A DNA stretch of 57,310 nt from a virus (taxonomy: Duplodnaviria; Caudoviricetes), in the IMG/VR virus record IMGVR_UViG_3300043438_000704, positions 1 through 57,310 of that record; one strand, given 5' to 3'. Positions 8,668-20,196 of the stretch are shown in pieces. The position numbers were made by a program, and so were the translations under genes. Within the stretch, counting starts at the first letter, position 1; every line of letters starts with the position of its first letter. The notes beneath the pieces were generated by a model that was not told the DNA's origin, searched no databases, and was given only the letters and a program-made list of their open reading frames with translations.

Positions 8668-11579
8668 ATGGACAAACAATCAGAAATCACTTATGAGGAC
8701 ATGCGTAAATACCTTGTCCAAAGTATCAACACCAACGCTAGAGATATTTGGGAACTGGAAGATAAGCTAAGAAGTGAAAACCAACGGGTTGCAGATGGCA
8801 AGGAATCTATTGTTCGGGTGGTAAAAAGATTTGGAATCATGGGGGAAGAAGCTGGTCACGAATTACAAAGGATTGCTTATGATCTTGATCCTAAAAATAA
8901 GGAGAATAAAATCAACAGACTTATCACCGACGCACTTGTTTACGTTGATGCTGAGTATGAAAGAGGAAAATACGAAGGTCGCGATATGAAAACACTCTTC
9001 GGTGCGCTTTTTGAAATGATTGGAACAGAGGCATATGCCCGATTTGATGCTGCATATTCCCTAAGATAGAGAGATTAAAAGTATGCAAAAAATATACGTT
9101 TTAAAATATGGTGATGTTGGGCAGGATGGTGTCATTATGGAAGCATTTAAAACCAAAACATCCTTTCGCAAACATGTCCGTTTGGAATATCCAGACGCAA
9201 TCGGTAGAAATAGAGATAAACCAAACGAACTTTATTGGGAGTGGGGTTGTCATGGGGAACCCAATGGGGGGTGGATCATGGGAGAAGAAGTAGAATTACA
9301 TTAAAAATATGATAAAATTAACTAAAATAGACATTAATCCCAACAGTGGAGCGATTCAAGCTTCAACCATTGAGGAATACCGCACTGACCAAGAGCGTGG
9401 TACATGGGGTCAATGGTTTGAGGGCAAGTCTCCTCCTGTGGATTACTGGATTGTGGGAGAGCTTATTGGAGAAATCCAAGTCGGAAAGGCTATTCTCATT
9501 GACCGTTGGAATCGCAATGGGGTTGTGATTCGGGGAATCATGCATACATCTGAAGTGATGAAGCTTGAAGAGAATGATGGAGTAACCTATATCACAACCG
9601 CAAACAGTCTGTATAAGATGGAGCAAGTGGACGAGGAGGATGTTTTAAACTATGAAATGGGTTTGTTTAAAAACTAGAATACACTGATCACATGCAATTA
9701 AAATTCATATCAACAAAAGAGAAGTTACCGAAGAACGGGGAATACATTTTCGCTATCAAAACGGATCGGCAAATAATGTATAAAGATGCAGGAGAACCAG
9801 CATTCATCAAATGCGAATGGGCGTGGAATGATGGGGATGGGGGAACTTGTGGATGTAAAAAATCAGAATCATCCATTGATAACATGCCGAAAGGATACAA
9901 GTATCTGGATATCATAGATGGGAATGGGTATGTGATTTGGACAAGTGAAACAAATCCGGGTAATCCAAAAATCGAGCATTTTTGGTGGATGTCTCAGAAA
10001 GAATTCGATAAGATTTGGAAAAACGCGAAACATTGAACGAAGTATGAAATGGATGTCAATATTTGTGGAACCAGAACCATCCGGTATGGAATGGGAACCC
10101 CCGAATTACAAGCCAGAGGACTACACTTGCTTTGATTGTCCCCATAAGGATACCTGTGAATACGCTTGGGATCACTACAATACGAATGGCGATTGCCTTG
10201 CAATGAAATAAAAAATAGAACACAATAACTTCATGCACGAATTTATTAAAACAGATAATTGGCAATACATCTTTGACAATTACGAATCCACCTATCTTGA
10301 TGGGTTGAAAGGGAGTTTTCTGATCCGTAGCTGGAGAATTGATGAAAATAGCCTTCACGAAGGTCTTAATGACATGGCAAGAGCCTACCAGACTGCTCAA
10401 CGCCAAGACAAGGAATGGGACGAAAGGGTGTGGTTCCCTTTTCTGGATGAGATCAAGGCAAGGGCTGTTGATAACAAGGTGATTCTCCATGCCAAACCAA
10501 CCCATGAATATTCAGGAAAACAAGACCAATGGTGGGAATATACATATTCAAATACCAATCCTCGTTACGGGTGGGGATACTCCTTCAATTGGATTGAAGA
10601 ACCCGATGAGAAAATCAATCACGATTTGGGGCAGAAGCTTTATGAATTGGATCGCTATCAAAGGAAATTCGACCAGCGTGTGTTCATGCTTCAAAAGCTG
10701 CTTGAGAAGTATCTGTTGAAATATGTCTATCGCATCTATAATTATGAATGGCTTGACAAGAACCAATTCTCCGGTAAGCTGGTGAAAATCACCTTGCGGG
10801 GAGATGAGTATTGGTATCACATTACCACAAACAGAAACGGTGTGCCTGTATGGGAGAACTTCATCTGGCAATCAAATCAAACGGAGGAAATTAATTTATG
10901 AAAAAAATCAAAGTTAGGAAAAATTTGTCAGATCATCTATATGAACTGGAAGGTTCTCTGGATAAAGCCATTGAATATTTGAAAGACCTCAAGGGAAAAT
11001 ATTCCCAATACGAAAATCTTCACTTTGATGTTGATTATGATTGGGATAGCAAACAGCTTTACCTTTGGGGTGAGATTGATGAAACGGATGCTGAATATGA
11101 AGCACGACTTGGACGCGAAAAGATCGTTCAGGATCAGAATGATAAGAGAGATCGTGAGCATTATGAACGATTGAAAGCCAAATTTGAAAATGAAAAAGAA
11201 TAAATTAATTAAAATTCTACAGAATATGGAGGGGAATCCCGACATTAAGATTTGGAATGGTTACGCTGAAGATTGGCAGGATTTCAATCTTGTTGAACAG
11301 GAATTTGTTAAGGAGACGGAGGAATTTATTCGTTGGCGAATAGAAACCGATTGGAAATTTAGGAATGAAAATTGGACTATTCCACCGGATGTTCAGAGAG
11401 AACTTGATGTCATCATCGCCCGACAATTAAAAGAGCGGGAATGGGAATTTCAAAATCCATATTTTTCAGGGGAGGATGAAAAACGGCGATATGGAAAGAA
11501 TCGTAAGAAGGTGTTTCTAATCAACGCTAAAATGCGGGGCAAAAGCACGTTTGATCGCATGGGTGATATTGATTATTAA
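8668..11579 (+). CDS. Run of hypothetical genes (8668-9069, 9083-9304, 9309-9677, 9692-10036, ~10044-10211, 10233-10901, 10898-11203, 11184-11579)
   Basis: Head-to-tail + strand ORFs; several start at junction elements. Confidence 0.75.
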
Positions 11580-11600
11580 AAACTAGGTTACACTACGAAT

Positions 11601-12293
11601 ATGAACTACAAATTTTTAATGGATCAAGATGAGCTTGAAAGGTTTATTGACTGGCTACCAGACTTGGAAGAGCATGAAATATACTACTTGGCAGCGTTTA
11701 CAAGAAAAAAATACTGTTCAGACGACCAACATCCTTGGATCAAGGCGGATAAAAATCATTTGAAAAGATTTACGTCCACCAAAGAGCGTTTGGTATCCAA
11801 AATCAAACAATTGGAATGTCCTCTTGGTTCTTACACCATGAAAGGCAAAGGTGGGGGTGAATTTGTAGTTCCCCAAGAGACGCTTGTTTTGTATATCTCC
11901 CCAAATCCCCGCGATTTATGGAAAGCCACTATCCAAGGTGCAATTGATCTTATGAAAGTTGTGCAATGCCAAGGCAAGAACAGCAATCCCCATCAGGAGA
12001 TTCTATCCACCATCCAAAGGACTGCTTCCAAGAAAAGGATCGTCACGTTCGATGTGGATGAGAAGAGTCAGAACGTTCTGGATCGCTTTACGGATGTCTG
12101 TGGCAAGGCTGTGGACGTTGTGGAGACGCGAGGTGGTTATCACTTCCTAGTCCATCCCAAGGAGATGCCCAAGAATGAGAAATGGTATCAGACTCTATCG
12201 GAGGTTTCGGACGTAACTGGTGACGCATTACTCCCGGTTCCCGGCACATTTCAGGGATCGTTTGTCCCTCGTATGATCATCAACAATCATTAA
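11601..12293 (+). CDS. Hypothetical protein with AEP/prim-pol-like motifs
   Basis: TFDVD (DxD) and ETRGGYHFLV (GxH) motifs. Confidence 0.45.
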   Translation: MNYKFLMDQDELERFIDWLPDLEEHEIYYLAAFTRKKYCSDDQHPWIKADKNHLKRFTSTKERLVSKIKQLECPLGSYTMKGKGGGEFVVPQETLVLYISPNPRDLWKATIQGAIDLMKVVQCQGKNSNPHQEILSTIQRTASKKRIVTFDVDEKSQNVLDRFTDVCGKAVDVVETRGGYHFLVHPKEMPKNEKWYQTLSEVSDVTGDALLPVPGTFQGSFVPRMIINNH

Positions 12294-12548
12294 AATTATG
12301 CAAAAATTAGTATTGAGATATCATTGGTGCGTCCCCTATGAAGCGGAAGGGGATGTAATCCTTCCATTTGAATACGAATCCAAAGAACAAGCATTTGTGG
12401 ATTTCATGGAGCTACGAGAAGACGCTGAATGGGAATTTCAATTTTTGGGGCAAAGGTTTGATGTTGATGTTACTGAAGATACAGAATTCTTCACTTTGGA
12501 AGAATGGTTTGAAATATACAAGATTAAAAACTAGATTACAATGATCCC

Positions 12549-13007
12549 ATGAAAATTGAAATCACCACGAAGGAGAGACAAAAAATTCTCAGATTCTCCA
12601 CAAAAATAAAACAAAAATTTGAAGATGGGGAAGTTGAACCCATTCATAATTCAAAGGAATCCCAAGATTTCATTAAAGAATTTTTAAAGAGTCGGGGAAT
12701 CGATAAACCAAGGGTTTATGAACAAGGAATCTATGCTTTTGGTAATGTGGGGATGCACACCGACAATCTCTCCCCAAAATCCGCGATGACGATGTGTCTG
12801 TTGATTTCCGGTAGTGGTAAATTGTTCGCTTGGGATGGTAAAAAGGTGAACGAATATCGTATCAGTAAAGGAGATGGTGTTATTTTTGATTTCAATCTTC
12901 CCCACTCATTTGAAGCTGATAAAACATGCCAAGCATTTCTAGTGGACATTCCAAAAAAATATAAGAAGAACTTACAAAATGATAAATATGAAACTCCCAA
13001 ATTCTGA
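12549..13007 (+). CDS. Cupin / 2OG-Fe(II) oxygenase-like protein
   Basis: HTD...H metal triad (GMHTDN ... LPHSFEA). Confidence 0.6.
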   Translation: MKIEITTKERQKILRFSTKIKQKFEDGEVEPIHNSKESQDFIKEFLKSRGIDKPRVYEQGIYAFGNVGMHTDNLSPKSAMTMCLLISGSGKLFAWDGKKVNEYRISKGDGVIFDFNLPHSFEADKTCQAFLVDIPKKYKKNLQNDKYETPKF

Positions 13008-14067
13008 AGAATTTAATTTCAAAGATGTCACCATTACTGGAGATGAATGTTGGCTGATTACGCCAGATTCAATAAAATGCAAGTGGACGGAAGATACTCT
13101 AAAGTTCCGATCCATGATCATTCGTAAATCGGATCATCTCATCATTTCTAGATCGTTCCCAAAATTCTTCAATTACTCTGAGCAACCCGATTTGGATAAA
13201 TTTCCTCTGGATGAGCGATTTACTGCTTATGAAAAGCTGGATGGTTCCCTTGGAATCTTTGATTCATATAGAGGAGAACTTTTGGCTAGAACGAGGGGAA
13301 CTTCCAATCTACGTCAATTGGAGAATGGCCATGAATTGGATTTCTTATTGAAAAAATATAAAAAATTCTTTGATCATGTGATGAATGAGCCTGATTATAC
13401 GTTCCTCTGTGAATGGCAGACAAATAGTAATATAATTGTTGTTGGAGGATTTCCAGAACCGAAATTATCTTTAATTGGCATTATTCACAAGGAAACTGGA
13501 CTAATGTTCTCCCAAGAACATTTGGATGATTTGGCAAAAGACTTGGATATTCCAAGACCGGATAAATACCATTACGAATCAATTCAGGAATGTGTCCAAG
13601 ATGTGGAGATGTGGCGGGGGAAGGAAGGAGTGGTTTTGTATTCCGAAAGTGGTAAGATGCGTAAGCTGAAAGGTGAATGGTATCTGAGCCTTCATAAAAT
13701 TTTTACGGGAATGCGATCCCTTTCCAATATTCTGGATTTTTTCCTATCATCTCCAAGATTTGTTGAATATGGAGATTTTTATAATTACACTGTCCAACAT
13801 GTGGATTTTGAATTGGCTGAAAAAATCAAAGATGAAATGATACAAATCACCGAAGCATACGGTAAGTTCATCCATTCCGTCAACATCATTGAACGTGCCA
13901 TGGGATACATTTCCAAGCTGGAGACTCGTAAAGAGCAAGCATTGGCAATTCAGAAAGAGTGGAGTGAGTGGAGTTGGATGATTCCATGTGCATTTTCGTT
14001 GCTTGACAACAAGCCTTTAGATGATAAGCTGGTGAAGAAATCGATGGAGAAACTTTTAGGATTATGA
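12979..14067 (+). CDS. RNA ligase, T4 Rnl1-like
   Basis: Motifs FPKFFNY, YEKLDGSL (motif I), LCEW, EGVVL and KLKGEWYLSLHK. Confidence 0.85.
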   Translation: MINMKLPNSEEFNFKDVTITGDECWLITPDSIKCKWTEDTLKFRSMIIRKSDHLIISRSFPKFFNYSEQPDLDKFPLDERFTAYEKLDGSLGIFDSYRGELLARTRGTSNLRQLENGHELDFLLKKYKKFFDHVMNEPDYTFLCEWQTNSNIIVVGGFPEPKLSLIGIIHKETGLMFSQEHLDDLAKDLDIPRPDKYHYESIQECVQDVEMWRGKEGVVLYSESGKMRKLKGEWYLSLHKIFTGMRSLSNILDFFLSSPRFVEYGDFYNYTVQHVDFELAEKIKDEMIQITEAYGKFIHSVNIIERAMGYISKLETRKEQALAIQKEWSEWSWMIPCAFSLLDNKPLDDKLVKKSMEKLLGL

Positions 14068-14657
14068 TAGATTACAGACAAGCCTTGAAAAACAAATGTA
14101 AAGATTTTCCAGTCTTTACCGATCCAGTGTTGGATGATCCCAGATTTTCCACATGGTCGGGAGCGGGAAGTGAAAAACACCATCATTACGGGGATGGGGG
14201 TTTGTTGAAGCACACCTATGAGGTATTTGAATATGCGGAACTGATCGCCATGCAACATAATTCCACTTGTATTGGTTGGGAGAATCGGATCAATCCCGTG
14301 GAACTGTTTATTAGTGTCATTTGGCATGATTATGGTAAGATTTGGGATTACCAGAAAGTAAATGGTATTTGGGGTAAGCATAACAACCATGCTCGTCAAA
14401 TCCATCACATTTCCAGATCAGCCATGGAATTTAGTAAACATTGTCTTAATATATTGGATGAAGATTTTTTGGATCATAAAGGGAATGTTGATATAAATCC
14501 AGATAACATCATACACAATATCCTAGCTCATCATGGACAACGAGAATACGGCAGTCCCGTGGCACCAGCAACCAGAGAAGCATGGATTCTGCATCTGGCA
14601 GATAATCTTTCGGCAAGGCTTGACGACTGTGGAAAGCATGATATAATCAATCACTGA
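14064..14657 (+). CDS. HD-domain phosphohydrolase, YhaM-like (no OB fold)
   Basis: HHHY..GGLLKHT, WHDYGKI, ILAHHG..EYGSP..P.TREAWILHLADNLSA. Confidence 0.85.
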   Translation: MIDYRQALKNKCKDFPVFTDPVLDDPRFSTWSGAGSEKHHHYGDGGLLKHTYEVFEYAELIAMQHNSTCIGWENRINPVELFISVIWHDYGKIWDYQKVNGIWGKHNNHARQIHHISRSAMEFSKHCLNILDEDFLDHKGNVDINPDNIIHNILAHHGQREYGSPVAPATREAWILHLADNLSARLDDCGKHDIINH

Positions 14658-15469
14658 TATGACAAAAAATAAATTAATAGGTTGGGGGCTTCTTTCAATT
14701 CCTTTTTGGATATTTCTAGGGGTTGCCATTATCACAAATTCAGTAATGCCATTTCTTACTGCAATGACAATTGTGGGGGGTGGGACTATAGCAATATGGA
14801 CGGGGATGTATTTCTTATTTAAAGATTGATATGTGGATATACGCAGAAGAAATTAAAAAATTTATGACCCAAGAAGTCGATCTTTTGAAAGAATATGATA
14901 GGAGAAATGAATCACATTTCTTCATAAAGGTTGCAATTTGCCACTGGCATGATAAGAATGGGTTGCACATGCGAAAGGATATCCGCGTTCTCTCCCGAAA
15001 AAGTGGGAAATCTTGGGTTGATTGGTTCGATGAAGATTGCTCAAATTCCGGTGCTGATCTGATATTCAAGAATTTCGAGGATTTGGAAGAAGGAACTTAT
15101 AAAGTGAAAATGCGAACATTCAAAGATTGGGAGACTGGTTATGTGGATGATTGGGTATATGAAACGGAAAAAATATGAAATTGGAACAATTACTAAAAAC
15201 AACTCCTGAGACACTTGCCATGGAGCAATATGCGGCACTCAAGGAACATACCATCAAAACGCTCAACACTGTGATTAAAGCAATTGAAAATGATGCTGAT
15301 TATCCAGTTATTCAGGAGATGACAGCATATTCCCCTGCTGGGGATGGTATGGGATGTGATAACTCATTCATCAATTTTGGATTCTCGGAGAAAGAACCTC
15401 TTGACATCATGGAAGTGGTTGGTAGATTAGAAGAACTTAGGACAATATCAAAAAAGAAAAAAAAGTAAT

Positions 15470-15706
15470 ATGGAAAAACAATACACGTTAGCTACGAGTG
15501 CCACTTGCGGACCCTGCTACACCCTCAAAGCCCGAATTGAAAAGGAAAATCTGGAGGTGGAGATCAAGGACTACACAAATCCTGAAAACATTGAATGGTT
15601 TAAGAAACATGGTATCCGTGCCGTCCCTCGTCTGGTGATTGAGGATGGAGATAGCGTGGAGATCATTCAGGGTATGGACGATATCGTTGAAGCACTAAAA
15701 CGATGA
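15470..15706 (+). CDS. Glutaredoxin/thioredoxin-like protein
   Basis: CGPC active site and GIRAVPRL cis-Pro motif. Confidence 0.85.
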   Translation: MEKQYTLATSATCGPCYTLKARIEKENLEVEIKDYTNPENIEWFKKHGIRAVPRLVIEDGDSVEIIQGMDDIVEALKR

Positions 15707-15921
15707 AAAAACAACCATCTCAAATTGAAGCACAATGGGAAGTCCAATTGAATTGCGAATGCCCCTGTTGTGGGGAATTCGTCAATCTGTTGCATGAACC
15801 CGATTTTTGGGATGGGCGCGGATGGTTGGACATTCCCGAACATGGAACGGAACGAAGCAATAATCTGGAAGTCAATTGTCCTGAATGTATGCATTTTTTC
15901 GAAGTGTGTTGTGTGTGGTAA
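15703..15921 (+). CDS. Small zinc-ribbon protein
   Basis: CPCC and CPEC pairs. Confidence 0.55.
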   Translation: MKKQPSQIEAQWEVQLNCECPCCGEFVNLLHEPDFWDGRGWLDIPEHGTERSNNLEVNCPECMHFFEVCCVW

Positions 15922-16209
15922 AATATAAAAATATAATATGAAAATGTGGTTCAAAAAACAAACGGTTCCGGTATCGAACGATACCAAGGAAATAGATGTG
16001 GTTCAACTGTGGGAAGTGCGTTGGTATTCCAGATATGGGGAATGGAATGGTAATACTAAACCAGAAATCGAATGCTTCACCAGTGAAAAAGACGCGGAAG
16101 AATTTGCCAAATCATTGAAAAACGCTTTCAATTTGATTCGCCATACCAGCGGAACAAAAGTGACGGTGGTGAAGGGTAAGGAATTTAAAAACTAGAATAC
16201 AATTTTCCA

Positions 16210-16406
16210 ATGACATGATCGGCAGCATCACAACATTGCCAGAACCTCCCTCTACTATTAACTTAGCATGGAGACTGGCGGGATCGGGAAGATGACCCTT
16301 CGGGGATCGGAAAAAACGAGTAATCGCAAGATGGCGACTCATCGACTCCTAAAACCCGGATGCTGAAAAGGTGGGCGCACACCGTTCCGAAAATGTCACC
16401 TTTTTT
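16210..16406 (+). ncRNA. Candidate structured non-coding RNA (~200 nt)
   Basis: The junction element at 16186 leads into ATG-ACA-TGA only. GC-richer gap with helices CAGCATC/GATGCTG, GCCAG/CTGGC, CTCC/GGAG, CCC-TTCG-GGG, ATC-GCAA-GAT and a terminal AAAAGGTG/CACCTTTT stem followed by a U-tract. Confidence 0.65.
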
Positions 16407-16619
16407 AAAAAATAATATGAACAAAGACGTAAAACAAATGGGCTGTGTGACAATCTCCCGAAACGGATATGTCCAAGAGCTTGAGGAACAGCTTCGCCAA
16501 GAGCGCGAACTTGCTGATAAGCTTGCGGTGGAATTGTCGGCTTGTAACAACACTTGGATATTCAATGAGAATAAGAACGTGGTAGAGGCGTTGAAAATGT
16601 GGAGGGAACTTAGAGGGAA

Positions 16620-17267
16620 ATGATTAAGATTAAGAAAAAACGCAAGGATTACGATCAAATCCTCTGGATTGGGGACACGCATTTTGGCCATAACAAACCA
16701 TTCCTATGGGAACCACGGGGATTCAAATCATCGGAAGAACATGACGAGTGGCTTCAGGATCAGATCGATTCTGTATCACCAGACTCGTTGATCATACACT
16801 GCGGCGATACTGGATTATCAGTCGGGTCAGAGCGTATCAAAGATTTCATGTTGACATTTCCCTGTGAAACATTAATGATCAAAGGCAACCATAATTCTGG
16901 TGTTCAACAGCTTTATCAAGAACATCTACCAGAGGGATTTCAGAATTGTGAATTGTATCCGATTCGTATTACTCCAAACATAACATTAATGGGATATGAA
17001 TTTCTTCTGGATATTGATCACCACAAATTCTATGTTCGTCACATGGCACCTTTGATTTGGCCTGAGCAGAACAGAAATCGAGTATCTATTATCGCCCACA
17101 GCCACTCAAATCTCAAGCAAGCCAATCCCGATGGGAATGGATTTGGTAAGATGCTTGATGTGGGAGTGGAGAACGCCAAGAGGTATAATGGAACCGCTTT
17201 CTTCAAGCTGGAGGAAGTTGTGGATATCATGTCCAGAAAGGAAACATCACACTTTGATCATCACTAA
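16620..17267 (+). CDS. Calcineurin-like phosphoesterase
   Basis: Motifs GDTHFGH, HCGD, KGNH, AHSH and DVGVE. Confidence 0.85.
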   Translation: MIKIKKKRKDYDQILWIGDTHFGHNKPFLWEPRGFKSSEEHDEWLQDQIDSVSPDSLIIHCGDTGLSVGSERIKDFMLTFPCETLMIKGNHNSGVQQLYQEHLPEGFQNCELYPIRITPNITLMGYEFLLDIDHHKFYVRHMAPLIWPEQNRNRVSIIAHSHSNLKQANPDGNGFGKMLDVGVENAKRYNGTAFFKLEEVVDIMSRKETSHFDHH

Positions 17268-17467
17268 CATGGAAGAATTATTTAAAAAGCTGGAGAAGTT
17301 GAAATCACAAAAAGAAAGATTTTTTCAAATGATTGACAACCAAGAGCTTGACATTGATCAGATTGATGGTAACTTTAGAAAGTTTGAGAAGAGAGTGGCA
17401 GACCTTAGAAATGAATTTGAGGTTGAGGACTTCCTTCTCTTTGGTGCAAAAGGAAAAGAATAATAAT

Positions 17468-17704
17468 ATGAAAAAAAGAAAAATAGATGTAAAATCATTA
17501 CTAAGTCGTGGTAGTGGCAATTCAACTCAATATTATTTTGATAATACTTGGCTAACTTTAGCTGCTATCAGTTTAATGAATTCAAACGATGAATCTTCAA
17601 ATTATAGTGGATATGATAATTCAAGTTACAGTTATGATAGTAGTTCAAGTTACAGTTATGATAGCAGTTCAAGCTATGATAGTGGAAGTAGCAGCTTTGA
17701 TTAA
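17468..17704 (+). CDS. Small protein with Ser/Tyr/Asp low-complexity tail
   Basis: Likely start MKKRKID; tail is SSYSYDSSSSYSYDSSSSYDSGSSSFD. Confidence 0.65.
   Translation: MKKRKIDVKSLLSRGSGNSTQYYFDNTWLTLAAISLMNSNDESSNYSGYDNSSYSYDSSSSYSYDSSSSYDSGSSSFD
17620..17682 (+). repeat. 24-bp coding tandem repeat (about 2.6 copies)
   Basis: TTCAAGTTACAGTTATGATAGTAG, TTCAAGTTACAGTTATGATAGCAG, TTCAAGCTATGATAG. Confidence 0.85.
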
Positions 17705-18000
17705 TCTAACAAAACGAAACACAAACAACAATATATGACAAATAGTAAGAAAAAAACAGATACACGAACAATGCGTCGAAACAAAGCATGGCTTCGCAGC
17801 CCCGATCAACGGAAACGGACGAAAATTTTCCGTGTTGAGATGATTCAGCGTAAGGATGGTTCTTTCCATATTTTGGGAGGAGGAGCTTCAGCGGTGTTGA
17901 GAACAAATGCTAAACATTCAATCACCGTACCTGTTGATGTCCGTGATTTGGCAACGGAGATGCGGATGAATGGTGTGACATCGTTCTAATCCATAATAAT

Positions 18001-18047
18001 GAAAATTCCGTCTCCTCTTTTTATGTTTTGGGGAGACGGAATTTTTC
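18001..18047 (+). terminator. Intrinsic terminator (possibly bidirectional)
   Basis: 14-bp stem AAAATTCCGTCTCC/GGAGACGGAATTTT after the 17735-17989 gene and immediately before a junction element. Confidence 0.8.
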
Positions 18048-18074
18048 GTTTAAAAACTAGACTACAATAAGATC

Positions 18075-19052
18075 ATGAATGGATACTTGGGAGAATTTGA
18101 AGTGGATATGGAAGACACGCCATACAAGGGTTATGATAAATCCGATTGGATGGCTGAATATATCCAAATGTATGGGAGTATTGATGGTAGCCATCACAAG
18201 GATTGGGTGATGGATCAATGCATCCGTATTTGGAGTGGTTCTGAAGTAATCGTCAAGGAAGCTCGCTGGAAAGATGGTGAGCAAGAGCATTCAGAATTTA
18301 GAATTAATGTTGGGGAACCCACCAGAAAATATGAAAAATTGGTGGCGGCGGATACCGAAGAAGACGGATATGAATGGAATCAAGGAATAGCACCTTAAAA
18401 ACTAGACTACAATAAGACAATGCCAACAGGATATACAGCAGCAGTGCAAGACGGAACAATCACAGAATTTAGGGATTACGCACTTCGTTGTGCCAGAGCT
18501 TTTGGAGCTTGTGTGATGCAACGGGACGACGATCCATCAGAACCTCCAAAGAAACAGGAAGAATCTTCCTATTATCAGGAAATGGTTGACGAGATTCTGA
18601 AAGAAATTGAAGAACTGAAAAATCTTTCCGATGATGAATTGGTGGAATCTGAAAAGAATGCAAATCTGAGAGAAATCGAGGGATGTAAGCAACGTATTGA
18701 AGATAAAAAAATCGAAAGACTTCGATATGAAGATATGTTGGAGAAGGTGAGAGCTTGGGAATCCCCGTCTTCCAAACACGATAATTATAAGGAATTCATG
18801 ATCAGTCAATTGGAAGATTCCATTCGATGGGATTGTAGTGGTAGTTATTACGAAGACAGTCTTCTACAAGCTGTTTCCAAATTGAAAAATATGCCAACAA
18901 CCAAAGAAATTAGGGAAGAGCGTTTTTCACGCTTACAAAGGGATTTTGAATATTATCAGAAAAAACTAGCAGAAGAGAAGGAACGAGTATCTGGTAACAA
19001 CCAATGGATCAGACAGCTTTATGAATCACTTGAAAATGGCAGCAAATCCTAA
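18075..19052 (+). CDS. Two hypothetical phage genes (18075-18398, 18420-19052)
   Basis: Each starts at a junction element; the two elements share TAAAAACTAGACTACAATAAGA. Confidence 0.85.
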
Positions 19053-19140
19053 AGAATAGTTCCTATTTTCCATGAATTATTTGGTAATAACCACTTCAAC
19101 AGGTTTAGAAGAAGGGGGACTATAGACTCCCCTCCGTAGA
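19030..19140 (-). ncRNA. Candidate TnpB omegaRNA 3' scaffold and guide
   Basis: The minus strand has hairpin GAGGGGA-GTCTATAG-TCCCCCTTC overlapping the tnpB 3' end, then AATAG-GAA-CTATT. omegaRNAs are known to overlap tnpB 3' ends; boundaries are uncertain. Confidence 0.45.
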
Positions 19141-20168
19141 ATGTTGATGGAGGCATTTAAATCTGCATCCATCTCCAGACCACACGAACAGGAATAGCTT
19201 TCGCCTTTCCTATTCTCCTTTTTAATAACTCCACAGCGGCTACAAGTCTGACTCGTGTAGGCGGGATTAACTTTCCTTAGCTCGAAACCTTCGGCCTCTG
19301 AATGTCTCTCCAACGCTGTCAGGAGCTTTGGATAGCTCCACCGTTGCATTTTATTATTAAATTCTTTACGAATCTTACCTTTGGATTTGTGTTTCACGTT
19401 CACCAAATCCTCCACGATAAGAGTCTTTAAATCTTGATTATCTTTCACAAATTGATTCACAATCTGATTGATCTTGTTATCACGCTCTTTCAAAGAACGT
19501 TTGAAAGCTTTTGATCCTTGCCTTTTACTGGAAATCTTTTCGTAGATATTAGCCATATCAGAACCATATGTCTTACCATTAGATGCTGCTATCAGCTTTT
19601 TATAACCAGTGTCTAATCCAATGTTAATTCCTTCTGATTTCTTGGGAATATCTTCTTTTTCCCACACAAATCCAATGGTATCTTTTTTAAGGATGATGGT
19701 GTTTCTCTTCTTAAATCCTCGCAACTCCAACAAATTAGAATGTTTATGATTCTTAATTGGGATATTGATAGAAATTGCTCTTTTTTTATGAGGGTGAAAA
19801 AAGGGTGTTCTAATTTTTATAAAAGAATTAAAGTGATTACCAGCTACAATATTAAAAAGACGAACATCGAGTTCTATTGTGATATTTTTAATTTCTGGTT
19901 TTGAGAATTTAACTTTCTTTTTCTTAAAACGTGTTCTAAGAATAGAGGATGCTTGTTTGTAAGCTACCTGCTTCCATTGGGAGTGAGCGATATCTTCAAA
20001 ATCTGGAAGTTCTTTGGAATTTAGCAGAGTCCTGTGTGGTAACTTTTTATCCCAAATCAAATCGATGTAATGTTGTAAAAGTCTCCCATAACAATCCAAC
20101 ATATCCTGATATTTTACCATCTTGGATTTGTTTGCGAATTTTAATATATGTTTTGAACTCCTAATCAT
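19077..20168 (-). CDS. tnpB: TnpB-family RNA-guided nuclease (IS200/IS605/IS607 OrfB-like); no TnpA nearby
   Basis: RuvC-I IGLDTG, RuvC-II IVEDL, Zn finger YTSQTCSRCG..CSCG, RuvC-III DADLNASINI. Confidence 0.92.
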   Translation of the reverse strand: MIRSSKHILKFANKSKMVKYQDMLDCYGRLLQHYIDLIWDKKLPHRTLLNSKELPDFEDIAHSQWKQVAYKQASSILRTRFKKKKVKFSKPEIKNITIELDVRLFNIVAGNHFNSFIKIRTPFFHPHKKRAISINIPIKNHKHSNLLELRGFKKRNTIILKKDTIGFVWEKEDIPKKSEGINIGLDTGYKKLIAASNGKTYGSDMANIYEKISSKRQGSKAFKRSLKERDNKINQIVNQFVKDNQDLKTLIVEDLVNVKHKSKGKIRKEFNNKMQRWSYPKLLTALERHSEAEGFELRKVNPAYTSQTCSRCGVIKKENRKGESYSCSCGLEMDADLNASINILRRGVYSPPSSKPVEVVITK

Positions 20169-20180
20169 TCTCTCTAATAC

Positions 20181-20188
20181 TATTTAGT
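20181..20188 (-). promoter_or_regulatory. T4-type late promoter-like element ACTAAATA upstream of tnpB
   Basis: The minus strand reads GACTAAATA-GTATTAGAGAGA-ATG. Confidence 0.5.
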
Positions 20189-20196
20189 CTTTTAGC

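Noticed and set aside
16288-16314. GATGA-CCCTTCGGG..GAAA as a hammerhead ribozyme core
   Set aside because: It lacks the required CUGANGA, and the stem II to GAAA junction is wrong.
18961-18969. AAAAACTAG inside gene 18420-19052
   Set aside because: There is no leading T, no nAnnnT hexamer and no ATG at +24; it is a chance coding match (KKLA).
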